From: an uncultured Verrucomicrobiota bacterium
Lineage (GTDB): Bacteria > Verrucomicrobiota > Kiritimatiellia > JAAZAB01
Assembly: GCA_964418925.1 (NCBI GenBank)
Contig: CAYQNY010000002.1
Span: forward strand, 1-44,072
Length of the DNA: 44,072 nt
Direction of reading: 5' to 3'
Part shown: in pieces, positions 7,834-16,827 of the stretch
Layout: each line of letters opens with the position of its first letter
Numbering within the stretch: position 1 is the stretch's first letter
The notes under the pieces: generated by a model
Told to the model about the DNA's origin: nothing
The model's database searches: none
Seen by the model: only the letters and a program-made list of their open reading frames with translations
Program-made: the position numbers and the translations under genes

Positions 7834-8772
7834 CTACCGGAACGGCAGGACCTCATCCAACGAGCCGGCGCCGGCCAGGAGCATGACCAGCCGGTCCACG
7901 CCCAAGGCAATACCCGCCGCGGGCGGCATCCCTGCCTCCAGGGCGGCAAGAAAATCCTCATCCAGCGGATAGACCGGTTGGCCCAGCGCCCGGCGCTCGG
8001 CGGCGCAGGCTTCGAACCGCGCGCGCTGTTCCACCGGATCGGTCAGCTCGCTGAACGCGTTGGCCAGCTCCAGGCCGTCGATATAGAGTTCCCAGCGTTC
8101 GGCTACCTGAGGATTGTCCGGCTTGCGGCGGGCCAGGGCAGCAGCGGCCGCCGGGTAATCCATCAGCACCACCGGATGCTCCAGCGCAAGGCGCGGCTCA
8201 ACCTTGTTGACCAGGTCCAAATCGAATCGTTCGGCATCGAACGCCGTCACCGGATCCCATCCGGCCAAGGAGGTAAACGCTTCCGCCACCGTAAATATAT
8301 CCCAGACCGGCATTAACTCCACCTGCGCGCGCCGTATTTTTCCGCCAGGGGCGGATCCGCTCAGGCTTGACAGCCACGTTCGCCCGATGGCGGCCTCGGC
8401 CACCGCGGCGATCAGAGCCTTGGCATCCGCCAGCATCGTCAGGTAATCGGCGTTGGCACGATACCATTCCAGCAGGGTGAATTCCGGATGATGCCGGTCG
8501 CCCCGCTCGTGCTGACGAAAACAAGGTCCTATCTGAAACACGCGTTCACAGCCAGCCGCCAGCAGACGCTTCATGTGCAGTTCGGGCGACGTCCGGAGAT
8601 AGGCGTCACCGGCCGGGATGGCGTCAATATGCAGTTCCATGGCTGGCGCCGGAATGCACACCGGGGTCTCGATTTCCAGGAAATCACGATCGTAAAAAAA
8701 CCGGCGGATGGCCCGCAGAATGGCGGCGCGGAGCTCTAATACCGGCTTGAAAGTTGTCAGGGGCATGGGCAT
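7834..8772 (-). CDS. epmA: elongation factor P--(R)-beta-lysine ligase (PoxA/GenX, truncated LysRS paralogue)
   Basis: 312 aa. Class-II aaRS core without an anticodon-binding domain: 'FLEIETP', 'YLRTSPELHMKRLLAAG', 'FQIGPCFRQHERGDRHHPEFTLLEWY', 'GIALGVDRLVML'. Confidence 0.8.
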   Translation of the reverse strand: MPMPLTTFKPVLELRAAILRAIRRFFYDRDFLEIETPVCIPAPAMELHIDAIPAGDAYLRTSPELHMKRLLAAGCERVFQIGPCFRQHERGDRHHPEFTLLEWYRANADYLTMLADAKALIAAVAEAAIGRTWLSSLSGSAPGGKIRRAQVELMPVWDIFTVAEAFTSLAGWDPVTAFDAERFDLDLVNKVEPRLALEHPVVLMDYPAAAAALARRKPDNPQVAERWELYIDGLELANAFSELTDPVEQRARFEACAAERRALGQPVYPLDEDFLAALEAGMPPAAGIALGVDRLVMLLAGAGSLDEVLPFR

Positions 8773-9108
8773 AAATTACGGATTAACATCCGGCAATCTC
8801 GCTTAACGTAGCCTGCGGCCACAACGAAAACTTTTACCCGCGAAACCCGCGCAATAACATTACAATAAAGCATGGAACAATGGCATTTTTGCCCGCACTT
8901 TCGCGCCGGTCCCGCCATAACCCTGAGCGACGGCGGATGTTTCGTGGGCTGAATTCCGCTTTACAGGTTAGCTCCTAAGACTTTAATTGTTTGGGTTCAT
9001 GCCTGATGCAGACCCGCCTCTGGCGGGAAAGGAGTCAAACAAATCCGACTGAGTATTGCAAGCTATACGTGTTGCGGGTGTTCGGTGTTCAGTTACATTG
9101 AGCGTCGC

Positions 9109-9837
9109 TCAATTTTTCGGCGGATGGTCTGCCACCAGCTGGTTGACATACGTAAGCGATGCAAAGGTGCCGGCGTCACTCCACCAGCCTTTCATCATGT
9201 CGAATTTCATTGCACCCAGGCGGATATAGGTGTTGTTGACATCGGTGATTTCCAATTCGCCGCGGCCGCTGGGCTTGCAGGTTCGGATGATATCAAAGAC
9301 CCGGGCATCATAGAAATAAATACCGGTCACGGCGATACGTGATTTCGGATGGGCCGGTTTTTCCTCAATGGACACCACCCGGTCGCCCGCTACTTCGGCC
9401 ACGCCAAAGCGCTCCGGATCGCTGACCTCTTTGCCCACAATACGGGCGCCCTGTTCCTGGGCCCGGAAGGCGTCGGCATAAGGTTGCAGCGGATCCTCAA
9501 AGATATTGTCGCCGAGAATGACGGCCACGGGATCACTATGGCAGAAATTTTCAGCCATGCTCAGCGCCTGGGCAATGCCTCCGGCCTCATCCTGGACCTT
9601 GTACGTGAACCGGCATCCGAATTCACGCCCTGATCCAAGCAGATTCACCATGTCGCCCATGTGATCGGTGCCGGTAACCACGAGAATTTCATCAATCCCG
9701 GCGCCGGTCAATTTGGCGATCGGATGAAAAATCATCGGTTTCTGCCCGATGGGCAGTAAATGCTTATTGGTGACCTTGGTCAGCGGCATCAGCCGCGACC
9801 CGGTTCCACCGGCGAGAACTATGCCTTTCAAATTCAT
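9109..9837 (-). CDS. sugar-phosphate nucleotidyltransferase (short RmlA/glucose-1-phosphate thymidylyltransferase-like)
   Basis: Start taken at 'MNLKGIVLAGGTGSRLMPLT' (ATG at 9837); the signature G-x-G-T-R-L loop sits at the N-terminus. 'EKPAHPKSRIAVTGIYFYD' and 'GELEITDV' are typical. The upstream 45 codons of the track ORF look non-coding. Confidence 0.8.
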   Translation of the reverse strand: MNLKGIVLAGGTGSRLMPLTKVTNKHLLPIGQKPMIFHPIAKLTGAGIDEILVVTGTDHMGDMVNLLGSGREFGCRFTYKVQDEAGGIAQALSMAENFCHSDPVAVILGDNIFEDPLQPYADAFRAQEQGARIVGKEVSDPERFGVAEVAGDRVVSIEEKPAHPKSRIAVTGIYFYDARVFDIIRTCKPSGRGELEITDVNNTYIRLGAMKFDMMKGWWSDAGTFASLTYVNQLVADHPPKN

Positions 9838-9959
9838 AAGCCGATATTGTAAACCAACCGAAAAGCAAAAGGAATATTTTTTTTCTGAATTTTCCCTTGA
9901 CTCCTGCGGGGCATCATGAAACACTGCCTGCCATATTTGTTCCTTGAGAATTCGAGTAT

Positions 9960-10135
9960 GTGTGGAAGGCAAACGGAAGTCTGTGAAAAACAGACGCGGT
10001 TGCGCCGCTGTAACCGGATGCCACTTGCTTCAAAGCAAGTGGCGTGCAAAAACTCACTAGCCACTGATCGCGGATGCGGTCGGGAAGGCAAGCGAGCAGG
10101 ATGGAATCCGGGAGCCAGAAGACGTTGCCCTTCGC
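9960..10135 (+). promoter_or_regulatory. cobalamin (B12) riboswitch aptamer
   Basis: Core 'GGAAGUCUGUGAAAAACAGACGCGGUUGCGCCGCUGUAACC' matches the conserved GGGAA..GGUGAAA..GC.G..CGCCACUGUAA core. 'GCCACUG....GGGAAGGC' is present. A B12-box-like 'AGCCAGAAGACGUUGCC' lies at 10113..10129. Situated upstream of B12-uptake genes. Confidence 0.8.
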
Positions 10136-10208
10136 ACTCATCGCGAAAATGCCGGGTGGCATTTTCACTCTTTCGCCGGTAAGGAGGATGAGGGGTCCGT
10201 ATTGTATT

Positions 10209-10257
10209 CAAAGCCTTCAGGTTCCTTGGGTGGGAGTCTGAAGGCTTTTTTGTTTTG
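10209..10257 (+). terminator. intrinsic terminator (riboswitch expression platform)
   Basis: Stem 'aaagccttcag' pairs with 'ctgaaggcttt' and is followed by 'tttttgtttt'. A 9-bp hairpin 'gaaaatgcc-gggt-ggcattttc' at 10145..10166 lies between the B12 box and this terminator. Confidence 0.75.
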
Positions 10258-10284
10258 TATAAACGGCTATACGGGCATGTTCGT

Positions 10285-10623
10285 ATGCTCAAAATTCTTA
10301 TATTCGGTTGCCTTTCCATAAGCATTTGTTCGCGTGTTCTCGCAGAGGCCGCAGTTCCCGGACGAATTGTATGCCTTGCGCCCAGCTATACTGAAACTCT
10401 GATTGAACTGGGATTACAAGACAAGATCGTGGGCGTGGTGACTTCTTCCGATTATCTGGAGGAAGTAAAGCACGCGGAACGGGTTGGCTTGTGGATCAAG
10501 CCCAATATTGAAAAAATTATTGCGCTTAAACCGGATATTGTCCTCGCCACCGCCTTGGCTGGGCAACAATCCATCGTCAAGACCGACCGTGTCCACGACG
10601 ACATAGGCGCTGAATCTGTTTAG
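10285..10623 (+). pseudogene. N-terminal fragment (~112 aa) of a BtuF-like periplasmic binding protein
   Basis: A signal-like 'MLKILIFGCLSISICSRVLA' is followed by 'RIVCLAPSYTETLIELG', 'KIVGV' and 'LKPDIVLA'. The ORF ends after about 120 aa, whereas the paralogue in this window (2944..3981) is ~345 aa. A 17-bp imperfect hairpin at 10624..10659 follows the stop. Confidence 0.55.
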
Positions 10624-10696
10624 CCTGGCTTATTCACGACTTGTCGCGAATAATCCAGGTTAGGAGTTAAATTATATAAGGAAAAGGAAGCGTTTC

Positions 10697-12607
10697 ATGA
10701 AACTGAGAATGCCAATAATGACGGTGGCGATTAGTATTATGATGGTATTAGTAGTTTTACAAAACAATTCAGCGGAAGAGTCAAATGCGGTGAAAGAGGA
10801 ATCCAAACCGTCCGCGCCGGTTGTCACGCAGGCGGTTTCCGAAGCCGACACCATTGTTGTGACCGCGACCAGAATTCCTCAATCCATCCGGGATGTCGGC
10901 GTAAGCGTTTCGGTGGTCTCGAGAGAAAGAATTGAAGAGTTGAACGCGCAAAACGTTGGCGAGGTTTTGAAGGAAGTCACCGACGCGCGAGTGAAGAGTT
11001 ATGGCTCCATGGGAGCGGGGAGTGATATAACCCTGCGCGGTTCCACCGCCAAGCAGGTCCTGGTTATGGTGGATGGCAGGCCGGTTAATCTTTCCTCCCT
11101 GGGGATGGCCGATCTTTCCATGTACCCGGTTGATCAGATTGAAAGGATAGAGGTAATCAGGGGACCGGCCTCCGTTCTTTACGGCGCCGGCGCCATGGCC
11201 GGAGTAGTCAATATTATCACCCGCGACCCGCCGGAAAAACTTCAGACGGATTTGTCGGCCTCGTATGGCACTAAAAATACGCGCATTATTCAATTGGATA
11301 ACGGGGCACGAATAGGCGATCTCGGCTACCTGATCACGGCCAGTCAGAATGCATCCGACGGATGGAGAGAAAACAGCGCTTGCGACGGCTATCATGTTTT
11401 CGGGAAGTTGGATTATGATATGACTCAGGAATCGCGGCTAACGCTGAACTCAGGATTTTCGCGGCAGAACAAGGGCGTTCCCGGTTCCACCAGCTGGCAG
11501 ACGCCCAATGCCAAGCAGTATGACCGGCAGTACTGGGTTGACCTCACCCATAAATACGAGTTTGAAACAAAAACATGGCTCACCAGCAAGGCTTTCCTGA
11601 ATCAAAACTGGCAGGAATATAAGGACCCGGACAGTTTTACCGACGACATCAGCCGGAACCAGAAAGCGGGATTGGATATCCAGCAGACTTTGCCGTTGGG
11701 CGAAAAACAGTTACTTCTGGGAGGAATTTACCTTGAAAATGATTATGTGAACATTAAAGACGCCCAAGATGTTTCCCGGATCGGGGGCAATCGCGATCTC
11801 TTCACCGGCGCGGTTTTCCTGCAGGACGAAATCTCGTTTCTGGAACGGTTTATCGTGACGCCCGGACTGCGCTGCGATATTCAGTCAAAGTGGGGGGCCG
11901 AACTCAGTCCAAAGATCAGCGGCCTTTACAAGATTACGGATATAACCAGACTGAAAGCCTCGATCGGCCGCGGATTCAGGGCGCCGACGGTTGACGATCT
12001 CTACTGGCGGGATGACTATTCCGAGGGGAACCCGGATTTAAAGCCGGAGGAATCCTTCAGTTACGATGCCGGAATTCAACAACAGTTGGGAGAGAAAAGC
12101 ATGTTGCAGATCTCCCTGTTCCAAAGCCATATGAAAAACCTGATCGCCTGGTTTGATGACGGTACAGGCATATACAAGGCACAAAATGTCAACGATGCCT
12201 TCCTGCAGGGTGTGGAAATGGAGTTTACCGCGCAACTCACTACAGGAATCTCCGGCGCTGTGAATTACACGCTGCTTGACGCGCAGGACACAAGCGGCGC
12301 CTATGAGGACAAGACCCTGACTTACCGGCCGAAGAACCAAGTGGGATGCCGGTTGGGATATCAAAGCACCTGGGGGTTGAAATTGAATGTGAATGCCGAG
12401 TACACCGATTCGGTTTACATTGACCGGGACAATACGAAAGAATTGGGCGGCTTTATGACCCTGGGTGCCTACGCGGAACAAATCGTAGTCAAGGATGTGA
12501 AGATTTTTGCCCGCGGTGACAATCTTCTTGATAAGCAATATCAGCTGATCAACGGCTATCCCATGCCGGGCTTAAGCGTTATGGGCGGCGTAAAGGCAAC
12601 GTTTTAA
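10697..12607 (+). CDS. btuB: TonB-dependent outer-membrane receptor (BtuB-like)
   Basis: Signal peptide present. TonB box 'DTIVVTATR'. Plug motifs 'VSVVSRERIEE' and 'ITLRGSTAKQVLVMVDGRPVN'. C-terminal '...GGVKATF' ends in an aromatic residue. 636 aa. Lies directly downstream of the B12 riboswitch. Confidence 0.88.
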   Translation: MKLRMPIMTVAISIMMVLVVLQNNSAEESNAVKEESKPSAPVVTQAVSEADTIVVTATRIPQSIRDVGVSVSVVSRERIEELNAQNVGEVLKEVTDARVKSYGSMGAGSDITLRGSTAKQVLVMVDGRPVNLSSLGMADLSMYPVDQIERIEVIRGPASVLYGAGAMAGVVNIITRDPPEKLQTDLSASYGTKNTRIIQLDNGARIGDLGYLITASQNASDGWRENSACDGYHVFGKLDYDMTQESRLTLNSGFSRQNKGVPGSTSWQTPNAKQYDRQYWVDLTHKYEFETKTWLTSKAFLNQNWQEYKDPDSFTDDISRNQKAGLDIQQTLPLGEKQLLLGGIYLENDYVNIKDAQDVSRIGGNRDLFTGAVFLQDEISFLERFIVTPGLRCDIQSKWGAELSPKISGLYKITDITRLKASIGRGFRAPTVDDLYWRDDYSEGNPDLKPEESFSYDAGIQQQLGEKSMLQISLFQSHMKNLIAWFDDGTGIYKAQNVNDAFLQGVEMEFTAQLTTGISGAVNYTLLDAQDTSGAYEDKTLTYRPKNQVGCRLGYQSTWGLKLNVNAEYTDSVYIDRDNTKELGGFMTLGAYAEQIVVKDVKIFARGDNLLDKQYQLINGYPMPGLSVMGGVKATF

Positions 12608-12801
12608 TGACAATGGAAATGAAGAACAGGTTGGCGCGTTGGACCGTGGAGGAATTTGTGCTGTTGGGAAGGATTCCATATTATGGAAGGTTCCGATTCC
12701 TCGAAACAAAAAATGACCTGCAAATCGCCCGCGACGTGCTGGCAATTTCAGAAGCAGCGTGGGAAAACAGCGGCCGGCTTACTGTCCCCATCAATTCTTA
12801 A
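12607..12801 (+). pseudogene. internal fragment of a BtuD/FepC-type ABC ATPase
   Basis: 'WTVEEFVLLGRIPYYGRFRFLETKNDLQIARDVL' corresponds to the segment between Walker A and the signature motif of iron/B12 ABC ATPases. Walker A, signature and Walker B are all absent. Confidence 0.45.
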
Positions 12802-12861
12802 AAAGTGATATGAAGCGCATAGCCGAGTTGGTAAAATCAGCATAACGGAAGGATTACAGGA

Positions 12862-13557
12862 ATGACCGGTAAAGCCAATCCGGTGCCACAGAAAAATACC
12901 CGTTTTTTCAGTTCGTGGAGCGGCGGCAAAGACTCGTGTCTCGCGTTGCACCGCGCCTTCACGGCCGGCGCAAAGCCGGCATATCTGCTGACCATCCTCG
13001 GCGAGGATGGAATACGGTCCAGATCGCATGGTTTGAGAAGAGATGTTCTGGAAGCGCAGGCATCGGCCATGGGAATACCTTTGCTCATCAGGTGTGCCGC
13101 CTGGGCGGAATATGAATCCGTCTTTGTTGATGCGTTGCATGCAATCCGTAAAGAAGGTGTCAAATCGGGGGTATTCGGGGACATTGATTTTCTACCCCAT
13201 CTGGAATGGGATAAAAACGTGTGCGCGCAAGCCAACATGACCCCGTACCTGCCGCTGTGGGAATGCGCCCGACTGGAGCTACTGCATGAATTTCTGTCGC
13301 TCGGTTATCAAGCCGTGATTGTGAGCGTGAAGGAGGACAAGCTGGGCAAGGAATTCCTCGGCAGAACTATCGACCGGGAAGTTGTCAATGAATTCCAGAA
13401 AACAGGGATCGATCCGTGCGGGGAAAACGGCGAGTATCATACCCTGGTCGTGGATGGCCCGCTATTTGCCAAAGGTATTGAAATCCTGGAAAGTGAACCC
13501 GTGTTGAGAGAAGGCTTCTGGAAATCCTGGGTGCTGGATATCAAACACTACCGATAA
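12862..13557 (+). CDS. DUF71/COG2102 PP-loop ATP pyrophosphatase (Dph6/MJ0570-like), B12-cluster-associated
   Basis: PP-loop 'SWSGGKDS' near the N-terminus. 'GVFGDID', 'PLW' and 'CGENGEYHTLVVDGPLF' follow the family layout. 231 aa. RBS 'aagga' upstream. Confidence 0.8.
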   Translation: MTGKANPVPQKNTRFFSSWSGGKDSCLALHRAFTAGAKPAYLLTILGEDGIRSRSHGLRRDVLEAQASAMGIPLLIRCAAWAEYESVFVDALHAIRKEGVKSGVFGDIDFLPHLEWDKNVCAQANMTPYLPLWECARLELLHEFLSLGYQAVIVSVKEDKLGKEFLGRTIDREVVNEFQKTGIDPCGENGEYHTLVVDGPLFAKGIEILESEPVLREGFWKSWVLDIKHYR

Positions 13558-13634
13558 GATGAAAACGTTGACCGGATATTGATCTTCAGCCTGAATATCC
13601 TGTAAATTATCGCGGGTAAAGATAAGGATTGGTT

Positions 13635-15227
13635 ATGACACCGAGCACGATTTCTCATGCGCCCCCCGGTAATCCGGTTGTCAGGAACACAGGCCATTTA
13701 CGGCCGGCCGGCCGGAAGACACCAGCCATCATGGTCGTGGGGACCATGTCCAACTCCGGCAAGAGTGTTGTAACCGCCGCGCTCTGCCGTTATTTCACGC
13801 AAAAAGGTTATCATCCCGCGCCGTTCAAGGCCCAGAATATGTCGCTTAACTCGTTTGTCACCCGGGAAGGCGGTGAAATGGGCCGGGCTCAGGTTGTCCA
13901 GGCTCAGGCGGCCGGCATTGAGCCCCATACCGACATGAACCCGGTCCTGCTCAAACCCATGGGTGAATCCGGATGTCAAGTCATCCTGAATGGCCGGTCT
14001 ATTGGCAATGTGCCAGCCCGGGATTATTACGCTATGAAAGTCCGCATGCAGACCGCCGCGCAGGAAGCCTATGACCGCCTCGCGGCCCGGCATGACCTGA
14101 TCATCCTGGAGGGCGCGGGCAGTCCGGCCGAAATTAATCTGCAGGCCGAGGACTTTGTCAACATGGCCATGGCGGAATATGCCGGCGCGGCCGCGCTGCT
14201 GGTGGCCGATATTGACCGCGGCGGCGTGTTTGCCGGCATCTACGGAACTGTTTCCCTGCTGCCTGAAAAACACCGCCGGCTGGTCGCCGGCATCATCATC
14301 AATAAGTTCCGGGGGGATAAATCCCTGCTTGATCCCGGGTTGCGTCAGATTGAACACCTGACCGGAATTCCGGTGCTGGGCGTGTTGCCGTATATCCAAA
14401 ACCTGGCCATTGACGACGAGGATTCCCTGGGACTCAATACGCGTCAACATGGTAAAGGAACTATCCTCGACATCGTCGTGATTCGCCTGCCGAGAATCAG
14501 CAATTTCACCGACTTCCTGCCATTGGAAAATACTCCCGGCCTACGGGTTCGATATATCAGCGCGGTCCGCGACCTGGGTACTCCGGATCTGATCATCATT
14601 CCCGGCACCAAAAACACCCGGGGCGACTTGCGTTTTTTGACCGGCAACGGCTGGGCCGCTGCCCTGCAAAAGGCCACGCACCGCTCGATTCCCATTTTCG
14701 GAATCTGTGGCGGCTACCAGATGCTGGGAAAGTGCGTCACGGATCCCACCGGTATTGAAGGCGTCAAGGGAGCCGAGCCCGGACTAAATCTTCTGCCCCT
14801 GACAACCGTGCTTGAAGATAAAAAACAACTGGCACAGGTTGCGGGACAAACAACCGTGGACCTTCCTTTTGCCGTAGCCGGCACCCCCTTTGACGGCTAC
14901 GAAATCCATGCCGGCCGCACAACCGCGACGGCTCCCATCCGACACCCGCTGGTGATCACGCAACGTCTGGCGGAAAGAACTAATGATTCTGAAGGCGCCA
15001 TTGCCGACAATGGACTCATCTTCGGATGCTATATTCACGGTCTGTTTGACAATAACAGCCTGCGAACCCAATTGATCAGCTGGCTATGTGAACGCAAGGG
15101 ATTATCCTGGCAAACGGCTCCACACCAAAATACCAGCGGTGAGGCCGTCGACCGCCTGGTGGCCTTGCTCGAACAACACATCGCCATGAAACCCATTGAT
15201 CGCTTAGTCAAATTAAATCATTGCTAG
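13635..15227 (+). CDS. cobQ: cobyric acid synthase
   Basis: ATG at 13635 follows 'aaggat'. Motifs: 'VVGTMSNSGKS', 'FKAQNMSLNS', 'MNPVLLKP'. The C-terminal GATase domain has 'GICGGYQMLG' and 'YIHGLF'. Confidence 0.92.
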   Translation: MTPSTISHAPPGNPVVRNTGHLRPAGRKTPAIMVVGTMSNSGKSVVTAALCRYFTQKGYHPAPFKAQNMSLNSFVTREGGEMGRAQVVQAQAAGIEPHTDMNPVLLKPMGESGCQVILNGRSIGNVPARDYYAMKVRMQTAAQEAYDRLAARHDLIILEGAGSPAEINLQAEDFVNMAMAEYAGAAALLVADIDRGGVFAGIYGTVSLLPEKHRRLVAGIIINKFRGDKSLLDPGLRQIEHLTGIPVLGVLPYIQNLAIDDEDSLGLNTRQHGKGTILDIVVIRLPRISNFTDFLPLENTPGLRVRYISAVRDLGTPDLIIIPGTKNTRGDLRFLTGNGWAAALQKATHRSIPIFGICGGYQMLGKCVTDPTGIEGVKGAEPGLNLLPLTTVLEDKKQLAQVAGQTTVDLPFAVAGTPFDGYEIHAGRTTATAPIRHPLVITQRLAERTNDSEGAIADNGLIFGCYIHGLFDNNSLRTQLISWLCERKGLSWQTAPHQNTSGEAVDRLVALLEQHIAMKPIDRLVKLNHC

Positions 15228-15310
15228 GAACGTTGTTTTCTGCGATGTATTTGGGCCGGCCGGAGCATGAATGCCGCCGGATATGACCATAAAATTCCTG
15301 TACTTGAATT

Positions 15311-15976
15311 ATGTGTGCTCATTTTCAAAACCGCCCATCAGTCCACGGATTTTTCCAGAAGTTCATGGCTTCTCTGCTGCTGCATGGAAGCATCCTGTTC
15401 TGCATGGCCTGCCTGTGGTCCGGCCATGCGACCACGATGATTCCCGTGTTTCAGTCGGGCGAATTCTCCCTGGAGTTGGGACTGGCTTACCTGCCGCCGG
15501 CGTCCGTCACGGCCAAGTCCGCGCCCCTGCCCGTTGATCCCCCGGTTGAAGACGTCGCAAAAGACCCGGAGGAAACCGCAACACCTATCGAGGACACGGC
15601 CGAGGAGCAAGAACCCGACAGCCTGCAACTTGCCTCCATTAGGCACCCGCCGCCGGCTCCAATCATCGCTCCGTCGATTGCCGGCACGGCAACCCCGGGC
15701 ATACCCAACGCGCCTCAGATGAAATCCCGGATCCGCCCGATCTATCCGCCGGGGGCACGGTTACGGGGCGAAGAAGGCAGTGTCACCGTGCGCGCCACCG
15801 TAAACTCTTCAGGAAAAACCCAATCCGCTGAAGTGCTTCGCTCCAGCGGGTTCCCGGCCCTGGATAAGGCGGCGGTCAACGCTGTGCGCCGGGCGCGGTT
15901 CATCCCAGCCCAAAAGGATCGGCTGGCTGTCAAATCCCAGACCATCCTGGCATTTCGTTTCACGCTCGTGGACTGA
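15311..15976 (+). CDS. tonB: energy transducer TonB
   Basis: TM helix with an S-x3-H motif ('ASLLLHGS'). Pro/Glu-rich spacer. C-terminal TonB domain 'RPIYPPGARLRGEEGSVTVRATVNSSGK...VLRSSGFPALDKAAVNAVRRARF'. The start could instead be ATG at 15365. Confidence 0.8.
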   Translation: MCAHFQNRPSVHGFFQKFMASLLLHGSILFCMACLWSGHATTMIPVFQSGEFSLELGLAYLPPASVTAKSAPLPVDPPVEDVAKDPEETATPIEDTAEEQEPDSLQLASIRHPPPAPIIAPSIAGTATPGIPNAPQMKSRIRPIYPPGARLRGEEGSVTVRATVNSSGKTQSAEVLRSSGFPALDKAAVNAVRRARFIPAQKDRLAVKSQTILAFRFTLVD

Positions 15977-16104
15977 TGAGCCCGCAACGCTTCAATATTG
16001 TATTTCCTGTTCCAAGGGTTTATCCTTTTATTCTTGTTGCGAGATTTATGTGGCAAAAAGAGTTTTGAAACTGGATCACAAACTATAAATAACGACTGGA
16101 TTTT

Positions 16105-16737
16105 ATGATGATTGTGGTGATTTACACCGGCTGGGGACTGCTGGCCTACCTGTTGGGGGCCATCCCCTGCGGTTACCTGATTGCGCGTATTAACGGCATT
16201 GATATCCGGACTGTGGGCAGCGGAAATATTGGAGCCACCAATGTTTTCCGGTCAGTGGGCAAGGGCTGGGGCGTGCTGACGTTTATTTGCGACGCCCTCA
16301 AGGGGTTTACCCCCGCCTGGCTTTTTCCCTGGCTTTCCGAGCGGCTGTTCACTTATCCCGCCGGCCCCGCGTTGGCCGTGTGTTGCGCCTGCCTGGCAAT
16401 CGCGGGACATAATTGGCCGGTTTATCTCGGCTTCAAAGGCGGCAAAGGCATTGCCACCAGCCTGGGCGCTCTGATCGGGATCGCTCCCGCCGCCGCGGGA
16501 GTTGGCCTGCTGTGCTGGATTGTTATCTTCGCGGCGACGCGCTATGTTTCCGTGGCATCCATCATGGCCGCCGGCAGTGTCGGGATTGCCGCTTGGTTTT
16601 TGTACCTGCGTTCCGGCATTCTGATTCCCAGCGCGCTTTCCCTGTTATGTGCCATAGCCGTCTGGCGGCACAAGGCTAATATCCAGCGGCTGGGCAATGG
16701 CACGGAACCCCGGTTCCAGTTTAAAAAAACATTGTAG
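16105..16737 (+). CDS. plsY: glycerol-3-phosphate acyltransferase PlsY
   Basis: 'GYLIARINGIDIRTVGSGNIGATNVFR', 'DALKG' and 'GFKGGKGIAT' motifs. Multi-TM protein of 210 aa. Confidence 0.9.
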   Translation: MMIVVIYTGWGLLAYLLGAIPCGYLIARINGIDIRTVGSGNIGATNVFRSVGKGWGVLTFICDALKGFTPAWLFPWLSERLFTYPAGPALAVCCACLAIAGHNWPVYLGFKGGKGIATSLGALIGIAPAAAGVGLLCWIVIFAATRYVSVASIMAAGSVGIAAWFLYLRSGILIPSALSLLCAIAVWRHKANIQRLGNGTEPRFQFKKTL

Positions 16738-16827
16738 CCGCGGATTGATACGGATAAAACACTGCAAGTTCTTTTTTGTGGTGTTCTGTTCTGCCATCCG
16801 TGATAATCCGGGTTTATCCGTGGCTGA

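Noticed and set aside
9838-9972. A 45-codon N-terminal extension of the nucleotidyltransferase ORF.
   Set aside because: The family's G-x-G-T-R-L loop normally sits within the first ~15 residues. The extension is AT-rich, has odd composition and would run into the riboswitch promoter region.
10188-10241. A 17-codon micro-ORF (MRGPYCIQSLQVPWVGV) with a perfect 'aaggagg', ending inside the riboswitch terminator; a possible leader peptide.
   Set aside because: The SD abuts the ATG with no spacer, and there is no other supporting signal. 'aaggagg' more likely takes part in alternative pairing of the expression platform. It cannot be decided from sequence alone.
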